From: an uncultured Gemmatimonadota bacterium
Lineage (GTDB): Bacteria > JAAXHH01
Direction: 5' to 3'
DNA: 64,000 bases
Assembly (NCBI GenBank): GCA_951812955.1
Contig: OX638340.1
Coordinates: 2,592,001-2,656,000, forward strand
Below are positions 38,792 to 49,578 of this stretch, piece by piece. The notes below the pieces were generated by a model. The model did not search any database and was not told where the DNA came from. It saw only the letters and a program-made list of their open reading frames with translations. The first letter of the stretch is position 1. Each line of letters starts with the position of its first letter. The translations under genes were made by a program, and so were the position numbers.

Positions 38792-40123
38792 ATGTTCGGC
38801 GTTGCAGGTTGCATGAACATCCTTCTGGTGGCCGGGTTGCTTCTGGCGGTTCCGGCCGCACCGGCGGCGGCGGGTCCACCGGACCGCGGTCCCGATCAAC
38901 CGGCCAGAATCAACCCGGGTCTCGCCGTGGTGGATATCGTCACTTCACGCGGCGAGTCGGTCGACAGCACGCGCGTCGACTGCTACTACCGCCTTTCAAA
39001 CGAACTGTTCAATTTCGTCAAGGCCGGGGATCGCTTCGCCGCCCGTTTCGAGCTTTCGCTGATCGTGATCGACAATGACGATTACCAGGTGACCGCCGAG
39101 ACCATCCTGGATTCGGTCCTGGTGGAAACCGAAACCGAAACGCGCGTGATGGACCATTCCAGGGCGAAGCTGTATACCACCTACCTGCCGCCGGGCAAGT
39201 ACGACCTGGAGATCAAGCTTTACGAACAGGAAACCGGCAAACAGCATGATATGGCCAGGTCCTTCGAGGTGCCCGATTACTACAAGGACCGGCTCAGCAT
39301 AAGCGACATACAATTCGCCGGACTGGTCCTTGAAGAATCTTCCCAGATCGGCCTGGAACGCAGAGGCATCCGGATCGTGCCCAACCTTTCCCGCGCCTTC
39401 GGCGAGGATCATACCGACATGTACATCTACTACGAGGTGTACTCGGACGCGGCCGAGGAAGCACAACAGCCCCTTTCGGTGGTATACACAATCAAGTCGC
39501 CATCGGGCCGGGAGATGTTGAACCGGGAAGAACAATTGGAACGGCAGGGCAATATCGGCGCGTACAGCGGCCGATTCGACACCAGCGGCCTGTCCCAGGG
39601 GGTGTACACACTCGAAGTCGAAGTCGATGACCGGGCCGTGCGAAACCGCGCGAAATCCAAGTCGGAGTTCCATATCACCTGGCGGTTCCTGCTGCCCCTG
39701 TCGACGGCCAAGAACTTCAGGGAGATCACCGAACAGTTGAGATATATCGCCAAGAACGAAGAACTGGATACGCTGAAAAAATACCGGGACGCGCCGGCCG
39801 GGGAACAGAAAGTCGCCCTTGAAGCGTTCTGGAAACGCCGGGACCCCACGCCGGAGACGGACCGGAACGAGCATATGATCACCTACTACCGGCGGATAGC
39901 TTACGCGAACGAACATTTCGACGATGGACTCAGGAAAGGCTGGCGCAGCGACCAGGGCCGGATCTATATCGTCTATGGTCCCCCGGACGAATTAGAACGG
40001 CACACCTGGGACCGCGCCTACTCCCATCCGTACCAGGTATGGCACTACAACAACATAAGCCGAAGTTTCGTTTTCGTCGACTTCGATGGCTACGGTAGAT
40101 ATCAGCTATATCGGGTGTATTGA
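38792..40123 (+). CDS. GWxTD domain-containing secreted protein
   Basis: C-terminal 'GWRSDQGRIYIVYGPPDE' matches the GWxTD domain signature. Signal peptide 'MFGVAGCMNILLVAGLLLAVPAAPAAAG'. Confidence 0.7.
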   Translation: MFGVAGCMNILLVAGLLLAVPAAPAAAGPPDRGPDQPARINPGLAVVDIVTSRGESVDSTRVDCYYRLSNELFNFVKAGDRFAARFELSLIVIDNDDYQVTAETILDSVLVETETETRVMDHSRAKLYTTYLPPGKYDLEIKLYEQETGKQHDMARSFEVPDYYKDRLSISDIQFAGLVLEESSQIGLERRGIRIVPNLSRAFGEDHTDMYIYYEVYSDAAEEAQQPLSVVYTIKSPSGREMLNREEQLERQGNIGAYSGRFDTSGLSQGVYTLEVEVDDRAVRNRAKSKSEFHITWRFLLPLSTAKNFREITEQLRYIAKNEELDTLKKYRDAPAGEQKVALEAFWKRRDPTPETDRNEHMITYYRRIAYANEHFDDGLRKGWRSDQGRIYIVYGPPDELERHTWDRAYSHPYQVWHYNNISRSFVFVDFDGYGRYQLYRVY

Positions 40124-40140
40124 AACGGCGGTTACAGCCT

Positions 40141-42600
40141 ATGGCGGCTTCCGTCCGGTTTGCCGAAATAGCCCTCCCTCTTCCGGTCGACCAGGTATTC
40201 TCCTACAGCATTCCGGAAAATCTCCTCGACGCGGCGCTGCCGGGACGCAGGGTGTCCGTCGTCTTCACGAACCGCAGGATGACCGGCCTGATCACCGCGC
40301 TCTCGGACACCTGTCCCGTGGAACGGTACAGACCGTTGCTGGACGTCCTCGATCACGAGTCGGTCCTGGACGCCACGCTGCTCGAACTCACGGGGTGGAT
40401 TGGCCGTTACTACCTCTGCCCGTGGGGCGAAGCGATCAAGGCGGCCCTGCCCGCGGGCCTGTTGTCCGAAAGCGAACAGATCGTCAGCAGGGACGGTCCG
40501 TGTCCTCCCGAGTCCATGGACCGGCTCCGGCGTACCGCCCCGCGACAGGCCGAACTGCTCGCCCAGGTCCCCGAACAGGGCGCCGTAACCCTGTCCAGCC
40601 TACGGCGCCGGACCCGCATCCGGCAGCCCTTTGCGGCCCTCCGAGGTCTCGAAGCAAAGGGGCTGGTGTCGATAACAATCGGAGAGTCTGGCGGCGCTCC
40701 GGGCATCCGGTACGAGACCTGGGTCGAATTGATCCCTTCGAAGGAGGAAGCGGCGCGAATCGTGTCCAGGCTGATCCCCCGCGCGACGCGGCAGGCCAGC
40801 TGCATCAATCTCCTGGCGCGGCACGATGGACGGTTGACCACCGAACAGCTCCGCCATCTGGGCAAAATCGAACGGGACGTTGTCAGAAGACTCGAGAAAA
40901 AAGGCCTGGTGTCGCTCAACGAGGTCGAGTCGATACGCGATCCCTACCGGGACGCCGAACTGCCCGATCCAGCCGAGGTCGATCCGACGAGCGAGCAGGC
41001 CGAAGCGCTGCGCGAGATCCACGGCGCTATCGGCGACGGCGCGTTCAAGTCCCTGCTGCTCTACGGCGTCACCGGCAGCGGGAAGACGCACGTGTACGTC
41101 AAATCCATAGAAAAGACCCTGGAAGCGGGCAAGTCGGCCATCGTGCTCGTCCCGGAACTCGCCCTGACCCCGCAGGCCGTTCGGCAGTTCCGCGCCCACT
41201 TCGGCGATCTCGTGACCGTCCTGCACAGCGGCCTGTCCCCGGGAGAACGGTACGATTCCTGGCGAAGGACCCGCGCCGGGGATTACCGCATCGTCGTGGG
41301 CGCCCGATCCGCCGTGTTCGCGCCGCTGTCCAACCTCGGCCTGGTCGTCATCGACGAGGAACACGAGCCGTCCTACAAGCAGTTCGACGATCCCCCGCTC
41401 TACCACGCGCGGGACGTGGCGATCGTCCGGGCCCGCATGGTGAACGCGGTGACGGTCATGGGCAGCGCGACGCCTTCCCTGGAGACTTACGCCAATACGC
41501 GGAACGGCAAGTTCGCATGCTGCCGCCTGACCCGGCGGGTGGATCGGCGCCCGCTGCCGGGCGTGCGGATTGTCGACATGCGGGAAGAGCGCAGGCTCGG
41601 CCGCCTGTCGGTTTTCTCAAGCCCCCTGGCCAGCCGGATCAAGGACCGCCTGGACCGGAAGGAGCAGATCATCCTCTTTCTGAACCGGCGGGGATTCTCC
41701 CCCTTCGTACAGTGCTATGACTGCGGGCATTCCGTTTCTTGTCCCCACTGCAGCGTGACCATGACCTACCACGCCGACAGCCTGTTCATGCGGTGCCATT
41801 ACTGCGACCACCGGGACCAGGCGCCGGAGGTCTGCCCCAAGTGCCGTTCCGGTTCGATCGGATACCGCGGCGTGGGCACCCAGCGCGTCGAGGAGGAACT
41901 GAAGGACCGGTATCCGGAAGCCAGGATCGTCCGCATGGACATGGACACCACGTCTCGGAAAGGCGCCCACCAGGACATCTTCCACCGCGTGCTCAATCAC
42001 GAAGCGGATATCCTGCTCGGTACGCAGATGGTGGCCAAGGGGTTCGATTTTCCGAACGTGACGCTCGTAGGCGTCATCTCGGCCGACACCTCCCTCAACC
42101 TCCCCGACTTCCGGGCCAGCGAAAGAACCTTTCAATTGCTAACCCAGGTGGCCGGAAGGACCGGGCGGGGAAAACTGGGCGGCGAGGTGATTGTCCAGAC
42201 CTATTCACAGGGCCATCACAGCATAGCCAGCGCGCAGACGCATGACTACGAGTCCTTTTTCGCCCGGGAAATCGCCGACAGAAAGGCACTGAGCTATCCG
42301 CCCTTCGGACGCATGGTCGGCATGCTGTTCCAGGGCGAACAGGACGATTACGTGATGCGGGAGGCGCGCCGTTTCGCCGATCTGATGCGGAAGCAACCGG
42401 GCGCGCTGAACATACTCGGACCGGCGCCGCCGGTGATCGCCCGGGTGCGCAACCAGTACCGCTGGCAGATCGTCGCGCGGAGCAGCCATTCCGCGCGTCT
42501 GCGCGATGCCGTGCGTCGAGTCCGGCAACACTGGGAGCGCGCCGCCGACAACCGGCGCGTTCATCTGAAAGTCGACGTGGATCCCGTGGGGTTGATGTGA
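40141..42600 (+). CDS. priA: Primosomal protein N' (replication restart helicase)
   Basis: N-terminus 'FAEIALPLPVDQVFSYSIPE'. Walker A 'GVTGSGKT', DExH 'VVIDEEHE' and a zinc-binding Cys cluster ('CYDCGHSVSCPHC...CHYCDH...CPKC'). Confidence 0.9.
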   Translation: MAASVRFAEIALPLPVDQVFSYSIPENLLDAALPGRRVSVVFTNRRMTGLITALSDTCPVERYRPLLDVLDHESVLDATLLELTGWIGRYYLCPWGEAIKAALPAGLLSESEQIVSRDGPCPPESMDRLRRTAPRQAELLAQVPEQGAVTLSSLRRRTRIRQPFAALRGLEAKGLVSITIGESGGAPGIRYETWVELIPSKEEAARIVSRLIPRATRQASCINLLARHDGRLTTEQLRHLGKIERDVVRRLEKKGLVSLNEVESIRDPYRDAELPDPAEVDPTSEQAEALREIHGAIGDGAFKSLLLYGVTGSGKTHVYVKSIEKTLEAGKSAIVLVPELALTPQAVRQFRAHFGDLVTVLHSGLSPGERYDSWRRTRAGDYRIVVGARSAVFAPLSNLGLVVIDEEHEPSYKQFDDPPLYHARDVAIVRARMVNAVTVMGSATPSLETYANTRNGKFACCRLTRRVDRRPLPGVRIVDMREERRLGRLSVFSSPLASRIKDRLDRKEQIILFLNRRGFSPFVQCYDCGHSVSCPHCSVTMTYHADSLFMRCHYCDHRDQAPEVCPKCRSGSIGYRGVGTQRVEEELKDRYPEARIVRMDMDTTSRKGAHQDIFHRVLNHEADILLGTQMVAKGFDFPNVTLVGVISADTSLNLPDFRASERTFQLLTQVAGRTGRGKLGGEVIVQTYSQGHHSIASAQTHDYESFFAREIADRKALSYPPFGRMVGMLFQGEQDDYVMREARRFADLMRKQPGALNILGPAPPVIARVRNQYRWQIVARSSHSARLRDAVRRVRQHWERAADNRRVHLKVDVDPVGLM

Positions 42601-42682
42601 CCATAACAGGTCGGATGACCCGGCCGCCCAGTGAGGTTCCGGCCGGATGGGATGACCCGGCCGCGCGGGACTGGAAGCAGAT

Positions 42683-43510
42683 ATGGCTACGAGCGTACGT
42701 GAAATTACCTGCAAGACGATCCTGACCCGCACGGGCGGGTTTCTGGAAGGCTATACCCACACCCTTCAGCCCTACGTCGGCTGCGTGTACCGGTGCCCCT
42801 ACTGCTACGTGCAGGCCCTGCCCGTCCACCTCTATCACGGCGGGACGTGGGGAGACTACGTCGACGTTAAGATCAATGCGCCTGAACGGCTCGAGGCCGA
42901 GATGGCCCGTTTGAAGAAGCGGGACCGGGCGGTACGGGTGTTCCTGAGTTCCGCCACCGACCCCTACCAGGGCGCCGAGGCGAAGTACCGGATCACCCGG
43001 CAGTGCCTGGAGGTGTTTGCCGGCATGCAGCCGGACCGGCTCGTCGTGCAGACGCGCAGCCCCATGATCCGGCGGGACTTCGACGTACTGAAGCGCATCG
43101 ACCGGGTCGAGCTGAACCTGACGCTCGAAACCCACGACGAGGCCGTCCGCCGCAATCTAACGCCCCATGCCCCGTCCGTTGCCTCGCGGCTCAAGACGCT
43201 CGACGCCGCCATGGAAACCGGCCTTCCGGTCAGGGTCACCATCAGCCCCATGCTGCCCAACGATCCGGCGACGTTCGTGGAAACGCTCCGGGACCGCTGT
43301 CACTCCGTAGTCGTGGATACGTACTTCGACGGAGACGGGTCGGGTGGCATGCGGACTGAGCGCCTCCAGGTAAGGGAGATGTACGAGCGGTTCGGATACG
43401 GGGAATGGTACCGGATCGGCGCCCATCACGCCCTGGTGGACGCGCTGAAGGCCAGCCTGGGTGGCGAGCGTGTCGCGTACAGCAAAGAAGGGTTCAATCA
43501 GTCCGCGTAG
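42683..43510 (+). CDS. Radical SAM protein, SplB-like (spore-photoproduct-lyase/DNA-repair family)
   Basis: CxxxCxxC motif 'CVYRCPYC'. About 275 aa. Confidence 0.7.
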   Translation: MATSVREITCKTILTRTGGFLEGYTHTLQPYVGCVYRCPYCYVQALPVHLYHGGTWGDYVDVKINAPERLEAEMARLKKRDRAVRVFLSSATDPYQGAEAKYRITRQCLEVFAGMQPDRLVVQTRSPMIRRDFDVLKRIDRVELNLTLETHDEAVRRNLTPHAPSVASRLKTLDAAMETGLPVRVTISPMLPNDPATFVETLRDRCHSVVVDTYFDGDGSGGMRTERLQVREMYERFGYGEWYRIGAHHALVDALKASLGGERVAYSKEGFNQSA

Positions 43511-43696
43511 GCCGCCCGCCCGGACTGCCTGGGACCGCTCAGGCAGGCGGGTACCACCCAGCCAGGCGGGACCGCTCAGGGCGACCGCCGGGGCCATATA
43601 GTGATGGACACGCGACGGTGTTTGGGTTATCATCCGTCGAGCGTTTTCGCCCCGACCATGTTCCACAGGATGCCTTAAACCAACACCACCACTTCA

Positions 43697-44119
43697 ATGC
43701 CCAAGGTAACCGTCGAAGAACTGCAGGATTTCGTAGATCGCGTGCCCTACGTCCACGACCTCGGTCTGCAGATCGTGGAAGTGGAAGAGGGCGTCTGCCG
43801 TGCCCGACTGCCCTACCAGCCCCGCTTCGCCCAATACTACAACCTGGTCCACGGCGGGGTCACCGCGTCCCTGGCCGATACGATGCTGTACATGGCCCAC
43901 GCCACGCTTAACGGCATCACCACGGACACGGTTACCACCAACCTGTCGGTCACCTACCTCAACGCTGCGAGCGAGGAAGCCCTGAACGCCGAGGCCCGCG
44001 TCATCAAAAACGGCAGGAAGATGATCTTCGGCGAAGTACGGATCACCAACGACGCCGGGACGCTGACCGCCCATGCCACGGTGACCTATCTCAGGCTGAA
44101 CTACGAGCTTCGCGGGTAG
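43697..44119 (+). CDS. PaaI/4HBT family hot-dog thioesterase
   Basis: 140 aa. 'NLVHGGVTASLADT' is typical of PaaI-type thioesterases. Confidence 0.75.
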   Translation: MPKVTVEELQDFVDRVPYVHDLGLQIVEVEEGVCRARLPYQPRFAQYYNLVHGGVTASLADTMLYMAHATLNGITTDTVTTNLSVTYLNAASEEALNAEARVIKNGRKMIFGEVRITNDAGTLTAHATVTYLRLNYELRG

Positions 44120-44315
44120 GTGCTGCCTGTTCGCGGGTAGGCGCTGTCTGCAGGACCCCCCGTATTCATCCGCCACCGTATATACATTGCGTGACAAAGT
44201 ACAGTCTGTCTGACTCCACACGTATGTCCGCTGGTATGTTTTGCGCGATCAGGCGCAAAAAATGCGTCGGCAGGCGCTTCATCCAGACGGGCCGGATTCC
44301 ATTCGCTATGTGGAT

Positions 44316-45458
44316 CTAAGAACTAAGCCTGGTCAGTCCGTGCAGGGCGATGTCGTGCGGGGTTTCCCCCGTGGTGGCGAGGTCGGCCATGATTTCCCCG
44401 ATGACGCTGCAGAACTTGAATCCGTGGCCGGAGCACGGAGAAGCGACGTAGACGTTCGCATGCTCCGGATGTGCGTCCAGGATGAAATGGCCGTCGCCGG
44501 TGTTGGTGAAGGCGCAGACCTGCATGCTCATGGTAGGACCCGAGCCATCCGGGAAGTAGCGTTCGGCGAATTCCCGGAGCACGGCCTCGTCGCGGGGATG
44601 GGTGGACCGGTCGATGCCGTCCATGTCCACCCTTTCTTCCAGGTGATGGTAACGGCCGATCTTGAATCCCGGCACGCCATGGACCGGTAGTCCGTAGTAC
44701 CGGCCCTCTGCCACCTGCAGGTTGAATACCGGGAACCGGTCCGGCAGGAACAGATCGAGCCGCTGGGGCTGAAACCAGCCCAGGACCTGGCGTTCAGTCT
44801 GCACCATCCGGTCCAGCCGTTTTACCACCTTGCCGATCCAGCCGCCCGCGGTAATCACCAGCCGGTCCGCCGTGTAGGTCGATTTCGAAGTATCTACCGT
44901 GACGCCGTGCCCGTTGGAGGTCCAGCCCAGCACCGGTTCGCATGCGTGGATCTCGGCGCCATGCTCCTGTGCCGTCTCGACGTGGGCGACAATGCAGCGC
45001 TCCGGCAGGAGATAGCCCCCGTCCGTTTGAAAGACCGCCATGAGGTCGTCCGGCAGCCGGTATCCGGGAAACCGCCGGTTCACTTCCACGCCGGTGAGGA
45101 TCTCGTGTGCGAGGCCGTGTTCTTCGCAGGACGCCTTCGAGCCCTGGAAGACCCAGTCGTCTGCGGGACCGGCGTCCAGGGCCCCCGTGATGTGCAGCAG
45201 ACGCTCGCCCGCACGTTCCTCGATTTCGCGCCACAGGGCGTACGCACTGCGAAGAAGGGGTACGTACGACGGATGTTCCGAGTAGGCCAAGCGGATGATG
45301 CGCGTCTGACCGTGGGACGATCCCAGGTCGTGGGGGATGTTGAACTGCTCGAGTCCAAGTACGCGGCACCCGCGCCGGGCGAGATGCCAGGCCGTGGCGC
45401 TGCCCATGCCGCCCACACCGATCACGATGACGTCGTATGAGGAGGATGGCCGGTTCAT
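44316..45458 (-). CDS. FAD-dependent N-methyltryptophan/sarcosine oxidase family protein (monomeric MSOX/MTOX-like)
   Basis: FAD motif 'YDVIVIGVGGMGSATAWHLARRG'. C-terminal 'CSGHGFKF' is a candidate covalent-FAD Cys region, consistent with monomeric sarcosine oxidase family length. Confidence 0.8.
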   Translation of the reverse strand: MNRPSSSYDVIVIGVGGMGSATAWHLARRGCRVLGLEQFNIPHDLGSSHGQTRIIRLAYSEHPSYVPLLRSAYALWREIEERAGERLLHITGALDAGPADDWVFQGSKASCEEHGLAHEILTGVEVNRRFPGYRLPDDLMAVFQTDGGYLLPERCIVAHVETAQEHGAEIHACEPVLGWTSNGHGVTVDTSKSTYTADRLVITAGGWIGKVVKRLDRMVQTERQVLGWFQPQRLDLFLPDRFPVFNLQVAEGRYYGLPVHGVPGFKIGRYHHLEERVDMDGIDRSTHPRDEAVLREFAERYFPDGSGPTMSMQVCAFTNTGDGHFILDAHPEHANVYVASPCSGHGFKFCSVIGEIMADLATTGETPHDIALHGLTRLSS

Positions 45459-45851
45459 GGTTCAGAAGTTTCAGGAAGCATAGCTAGGCCGTTCAATTTA
45501 AACCGCGCGTCTATTAAACTTCGCGCCTTTCGTAATGTCGCAGCCGGTCGAAAGAGGGCGCTCTAAGATCTACCGCAGCCGGACGGAAGAGTGCGCTCGC
45601 TTGGCTATGTTAAAGGTGGGCTGAATATAGTGTGTTGGCGCGCGCCGAATCAAGCACATCATCGTTCCCTGAATTCCCTTTCATCATGACATGTAAGAAA
45701 GAAACTTGCCGATTCCCATGGTCGAAGGGTATACTGAATCCGCAGTTGCGCTACATGGCCGGTTAGGGTCGGGAAGGACCCGCCGATCCGTGGGAATCTG
45801 CTGGTCTGCGTGAATACGAACTTACGGTTTTGAAGAAAATCGAGGCGACTC

Positions 45852-47216
45852 ATGTCCCTGCGTACAATATCCCCACTGGACGGCCGCTACGGCGATCGGC
45901 TAAAGAACCTGTCCTCCTACTTCTCCGAATGGGCGCTGATCAAGTACCGGGTGCACGTGGAGATCGAGTGGCTGATCACCATGGCGGAGCGGCCCGAGAT
46001 CGAGCACGTACGTCTGTTTACGAAAGAAGAGACCGATTTCCTCCGGTCGCTGGTCATCGAGTTCGGCGACACCCAGGCCCTTCGGATCAAGGAGATCGAG
46101 CAGGAAACCCGTCACGACGTCAAGGCGGTTGAGTATTACGTACGGGAAGCCATCGCGGGAACATCCCTGCGGGACGTCACCGAGTCGGTCCATTTCTGTT
46201 GTACCTCCGAAGACATCAACAACCTCGCCTACGCCCTTATGCTCAAGGACGGGATCCAGGAGGAATGGCTGCCGAACGCCCAGGAGCTGATCTCCGCCGC
46301 GGCCGCCCTCGCAGCCGAAACGGCGGACATCCCGATGCTGAGCCGTACCCACGGCCAGTCCGCCACGCCCACCACCGTCGGCAAGGAGCTGGCCGTGTTC
46401 GTTTTACGCTGGCAGCGCCAGATCGACCAGGTCGCCGACAGCGAGTATCTCGGCAAGTTCAACGGGGCGGTGGGAAACTACAACGCACATCTCGTCGTCT
46501 ATCCCGACGTGCCGTGGGAAGCCGCGGCGCGCCATTTCGTGGAAGGCCGTCTCGGGCTAACCTTCAATCCCCTCACCACCCAGATCGAGTCCCACGACTA
46601 CATGGCCGAACTATTCCACCGGATGATGCGCTTCAATGCGGTGCTGCTCGATTTCGACCGGGACATGTGGTCGTACATCTCCCTCGGCTATTTTCGTCAG
46701 AAGGTCGTCGGCGCCGAGACGGGGTCGTCCGTCATGCCCCACAAGGTGAACCCCATCGATTTCGAGAACTCCGAGGCCAACGTGGGTATCAGCAACGCGC
46801 TGCTGGATCACCTGGCCGGAAAACTGCAGGTCTCGCGGCAGCAACGCGACCTGAGCGACTCCTCCGCCCTCCGGAACGTGGGCGTGGCCATCGGCCACTC
46901 GCTACTGGCGATCCACTCCGCCATCCAGGGTCTGAGCCGGGTCGAAGTGGACCGCGACGCGCTACGCGCCGATCTCGACGGCGCCTGGGAGGTGCTGGCG
47001 GAAGCGGTGCAGATGGTCATGCGCAAGGCCGGTCTGGAGAACCCCTACGAGCAGGTCAAGGCGCTGACCCGGGGGCAGGCCATCACGCAGGAGACCATGG
47101 AAGACCTGATCCGCAACCTGGATCTGCCGGACGAAGACAAGCTGCGCCTGCTCGCCCTGACCCCCTCGGATTACGTCGGACTCGCATCCGAACTGGTCCG
47201 GCACATCGACCGATAA
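45852..47216 (+). CDS. purB: Adenylosuccinate lyase
   Basis: 'ISPLDGRYGDRL' start, fumarate-lyase signature region and PurB-like length. Confidence 0.9.
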   Translation: MSLRTISPLDGRYGDRLKNLSSYFSEWALIKYRVHVEIEWLITMAERPEIEHVRLFTKEETDFLRSLVIEFGDTQALRIKEIEQETRHDVKAVEYYVREAIAGTSLRDVTESVHFCCTSEDINNLAYALMLKDGIQEEWLPNAQELISAAAALAAETADIPMLSRTHGQSATPTTVGKELAVFVLRWQRQIDQVADSEYLGKFNGAVGNYNAHLVVYPDVPWEAAARHFVEGRLGLTFNPLTTQIESHDYMAELFHRMMRFNAVLLDFDRDMWSYISLGYFRQKVVGAETGSSVMPHKVNPIDFENSEANVGISNALLDHLAGKLQVSRQQRDLSDSSALRNVGVAIGHSLLAIHSAIQGLSRVEVDRDALRADLDGAWEVLAEAVQMVMRKAGLENPYEQVKALTRGQAITQETMEDLIRNLDLPDEDKLRLLALTPSDYVGLASELVRHIDR

Positions 47217-48740
47217 ATGCCGTCTCTCCCGACAAATTTCGGAACCCTGGACTGGCTGATCGTCGCCGTATACATGGCAGCCACGGTGGGCGTAGGCCTG
47301 TACATGAACCGGTACATCCGGGACATGGGAGACTATATCGTGGCGGGCAGGTCGCTCAAGTCCCGCCTGGCCGTGGCGACCATGATCGGGAGCGAATTGG
47401 GCCTGGTGACGGTCATGTATTCGGCGCAGAAGGGCTTCACCGGCGGGTTTGCCGCCTTCCACATCGCGGTCATCGCCGGCGTGGTCACCTTCATCGTCGG
47501 CATGACCGGCTTCATCGTCGTGCCCCTACGCCGATTGGGCGTAATGACGATCCCGGAGTTCTACGAGAAGCGCTTCAGCCGGGGCGTGCGGATATTCGGC
47601 GGCCTGCTCCTCGCCTTTGCCGGCATCCTGAACATGGGGCTCTTCCTCAAAGCCGGCGCCCTGTTCGTGACGGGCCTCACGGGCCTGACCGATCCCAATG
47701 CCGTCGCCGTGGTGATGTCCGTCATGCTGGCGCTGGTCATCGCCTACACCATCATGGGCGGCATGGTGTCGGTGGTGATCACCGATTACATCCAGTTCGT
47801 GGTCCTCTCCTTCGGCATGATCCTGACCTGCGGTATGGCCGTCTACGCACTCGGCTGGCCGACCATCGTGGAAACCGTGGCGGCCGTCCACGGCGAGTCC
47901 GGGTTCAATCCCCTGATCGAGGGCAGTGGCTTCGGACCCTCCTATATCATGTGGATGATCTTCACGGCGGGACTCGTGTCCTGCGCCGTGTGGCAGACCT
48001 CGGTCATGCGCGCCTGCGCCGCCGAAAGCGTAGAAGTGGTGCGCAGGTTGTACAAGTGGTCCTCCATCGGCTTCCTGATCCGGTTCATGATCCCCCAGTT
48101 CCTCGGCATCTGCGCGCTCACGTATTTCTTCAACGAACCCGGGTTCCGTGCCTTCTTCTTCGATGAAAACGGATCACCCACCGCTGACACCACCATGACG
48201 CTGCAGGCCATGCCGCTCTTCCTGTCCCAGATCCTGCCCACCGGTATCATCGGCCTCGTCGGTGCGGGACTCCTCGCCGCCTTCATGTCGACCCACGACA
48301 GCTACCTGCTCTGCTGGGCGTCGGTGCTGACTCACGACGTCGTGGCGCCGGCCACCAATGAGCGATTGACCACCCGGTGGCGTCTGATGCTGTCGCGCAT
48401 CTTCATCCTGATAATCGGTCTGTTTCTGCTCGTATGGGGACTCTGGTACGACCTGGGGCAGGACCTGTGGGACTACATGGCCGTGAGCGGCGCCATCTAC
48501 TTCACCGGTGCCTTCACGCTGCTGCTGGCGGGACTGTACTGGAAGCGCGCGAGTACCGTGGGCGCCTACCTGGCGCTCATCGCGGGCATCGGCGCCGTGA
48601 CGGGCCTGGGACCCGTAAACAAGGCGCTGGGCCTGGGCATGTACAGGAGCGACGAGATTGGGCTGTCCGTAACCGCGCTGGCCCTGGTCCTCATGTTCGC
48701 CGGATCGCTGCTGTTCCCGGACCGGAAGGAGGAAGTGTGA
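47217..48740 (+). CDS. Sodium:solute symporter (SSS) family transporter
   Basis: About 13 transmembrane helices. Follows purB with no gap. Confidence 0.85.
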   Translation: MPSLPTNFGTLDWLIVAVYMAATVGVGLYMNRYIRDMGDYIVAGRSLKSRLAVATMIGSELGLVTVMYSAQKGFTGGFAAFHIAVIAGVVTFIVGMTGFIVVPLRRLGVMTIPEFYEKRFSRGVRIFGGLLLAFAGILNMGLFLKAGALFVTGLTGLTDPNAVAVVMSVMLALVIAYTIMGGMVSVVITDYIQFVVLSFGMILTCGMAVYALGWPTIVETVAAVHGESGFNPLIEGSGFGPSYIMWMIFTAGLVSCAVWQTSVMRACAAESVEVVRRLYKWSSIGFLIRFMIPQFLGICALTYFFNEPGFRAFFFDENGSPTADTTMTLQAMPLFLSQILPTGIIGLVGAGLLAAFMSTHDSYLLCWASVLTHDVVAPATNERLTTRWRLMLSRIFILIIGLFLLVWGLWYDLGQDLWDYMAVSGAIYFTGAFTLLLAGLYWKRASTVGAYLALIAGIGAVTGLGPVNKALGLGMYRSDEIGLSVTALALVLMFAGSLLFPDRKEEV

Positions 48741-48885
48741 TGGAATTCTGGAGCACGCTCTGGACCGTGGTCTTCGTCCTGTGCCTGTTGATTTTTGCCG
48801 GCGTAGCTGTCTACGTCGGTGTAGGAGCGATCGGCGATATCAGGGCGTTGTTTAAGAGGATGGAGAGGCGGGGACCGAATTAATG
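48739..48885 (+). CDS. Small single-TM membrane protein, translationally coupled to the SSS transporter (candidate accessory subunit)
   Basis: Its ATG overlaps the SSS stop in a TGATG arrangement. 48 aa: 'MEFWSTLWTVVFVLCLLIFAGVAVYVGVGAIG...'. Confidence 0.4.
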
Positions 48886-48893
48886 GTAGTGTA

Positions 48894-49115
48894 TCAGTTT
48901 GAATCCGGCAGGGTCTTCCCTCTGTAGATGGCCAACCATTTGGCGTGAATAGCCTCCCAGTATTCGATGTCCCTGTCGATCTCGTCATCGACTGTTGTTC
49001 CCGTCCAGGGCGTTTCTCTGAGCGGCCTCAGCTTGTGCCATTCAATAAGAAACATCTGGTGTCTGGCATTCATCTTTGACGCCCAGTTAATGCGTCGTGT
49101 ATCTTGCACAGACAT
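48894..49115 (-). CDS. Hypothetical small protein (island-borne)
   Basis: 73-aa ORF at the island's left edge with no recognisable motif. Confidence 0.3.
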   Translation of the reverse strand: MSVQDTRRINWASKMNARHQMFLIEWHKLRPLRETPWTGTTVDDEIDRDIEYWEAIHAKWLAIYRGKTLPDSN

Positions 49116-49319
49116 AACCTTCTCCTTTTCGTGGGAGATCAGTGTTCGGCGGGCGCAAACGCCGTAGATGTACGAATGCCCTTACCCTGTTGCCGAAGGA
49201 CCTCGTTTCAAACTTCTGAGTACAAGAAAACCCTGTCGGCCTTACTGGTCAATCGGGTTTTTGTTTCATTGCATCTCTTAAGTTGAGTCACCTTAGTCTG
49301 ACGGATCTGCCATCGCCAC

Positions 49320-49529
49320 CTAAAATCGTGTTAGAGTGTCTCCAATTCCTCTAGCAATTTCTCTTGCCTCATCATCGTCAAATTCAATCCTGAAATCTTC
49401 AAGGCCTCTATTCGTTTTCTCGATGAGCTTGTCGCGTAGATCTTTTTCATGGAAATACCCTTTTAACAGTTGAGTTAAAAGGTGTTCGATGAACAGGAAT
49501 CTTTTGTAGAATGCCCTTACATCAGTCAA
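49320..49529 (-). CDS. Hypothetical small protein (island-borne)
   Basis: 69-aa ORF with a charged C-terminal half. Lies 49 bp downstream of the 119-aa ORF on the same strand. Confidence 0.3.
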   Translation of the reverse strand: MTDVRAFYKRFLFIEHLLTQLLKGYFHEKDLRDKLIEKTNRGLEDFRIEFDDDEAREIARGIGDTLTRF

Positions 49530-49578
49530 TGGGGTGAATCAGGTTGAAACAATTTCATCTTTTTTACTCCTTCTACGT

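Noticed and set aside
44237-44262. Hairpin 'ttgcgcgatcaggcgcaa' followed by an A-tract, considered as an intrinsic terminator for the MTOX or thioesterase genes
   Set aside because: The stem is followed by A residues rather than a T-tract on either strand, so it is not a canonical Rho-independent terminator.
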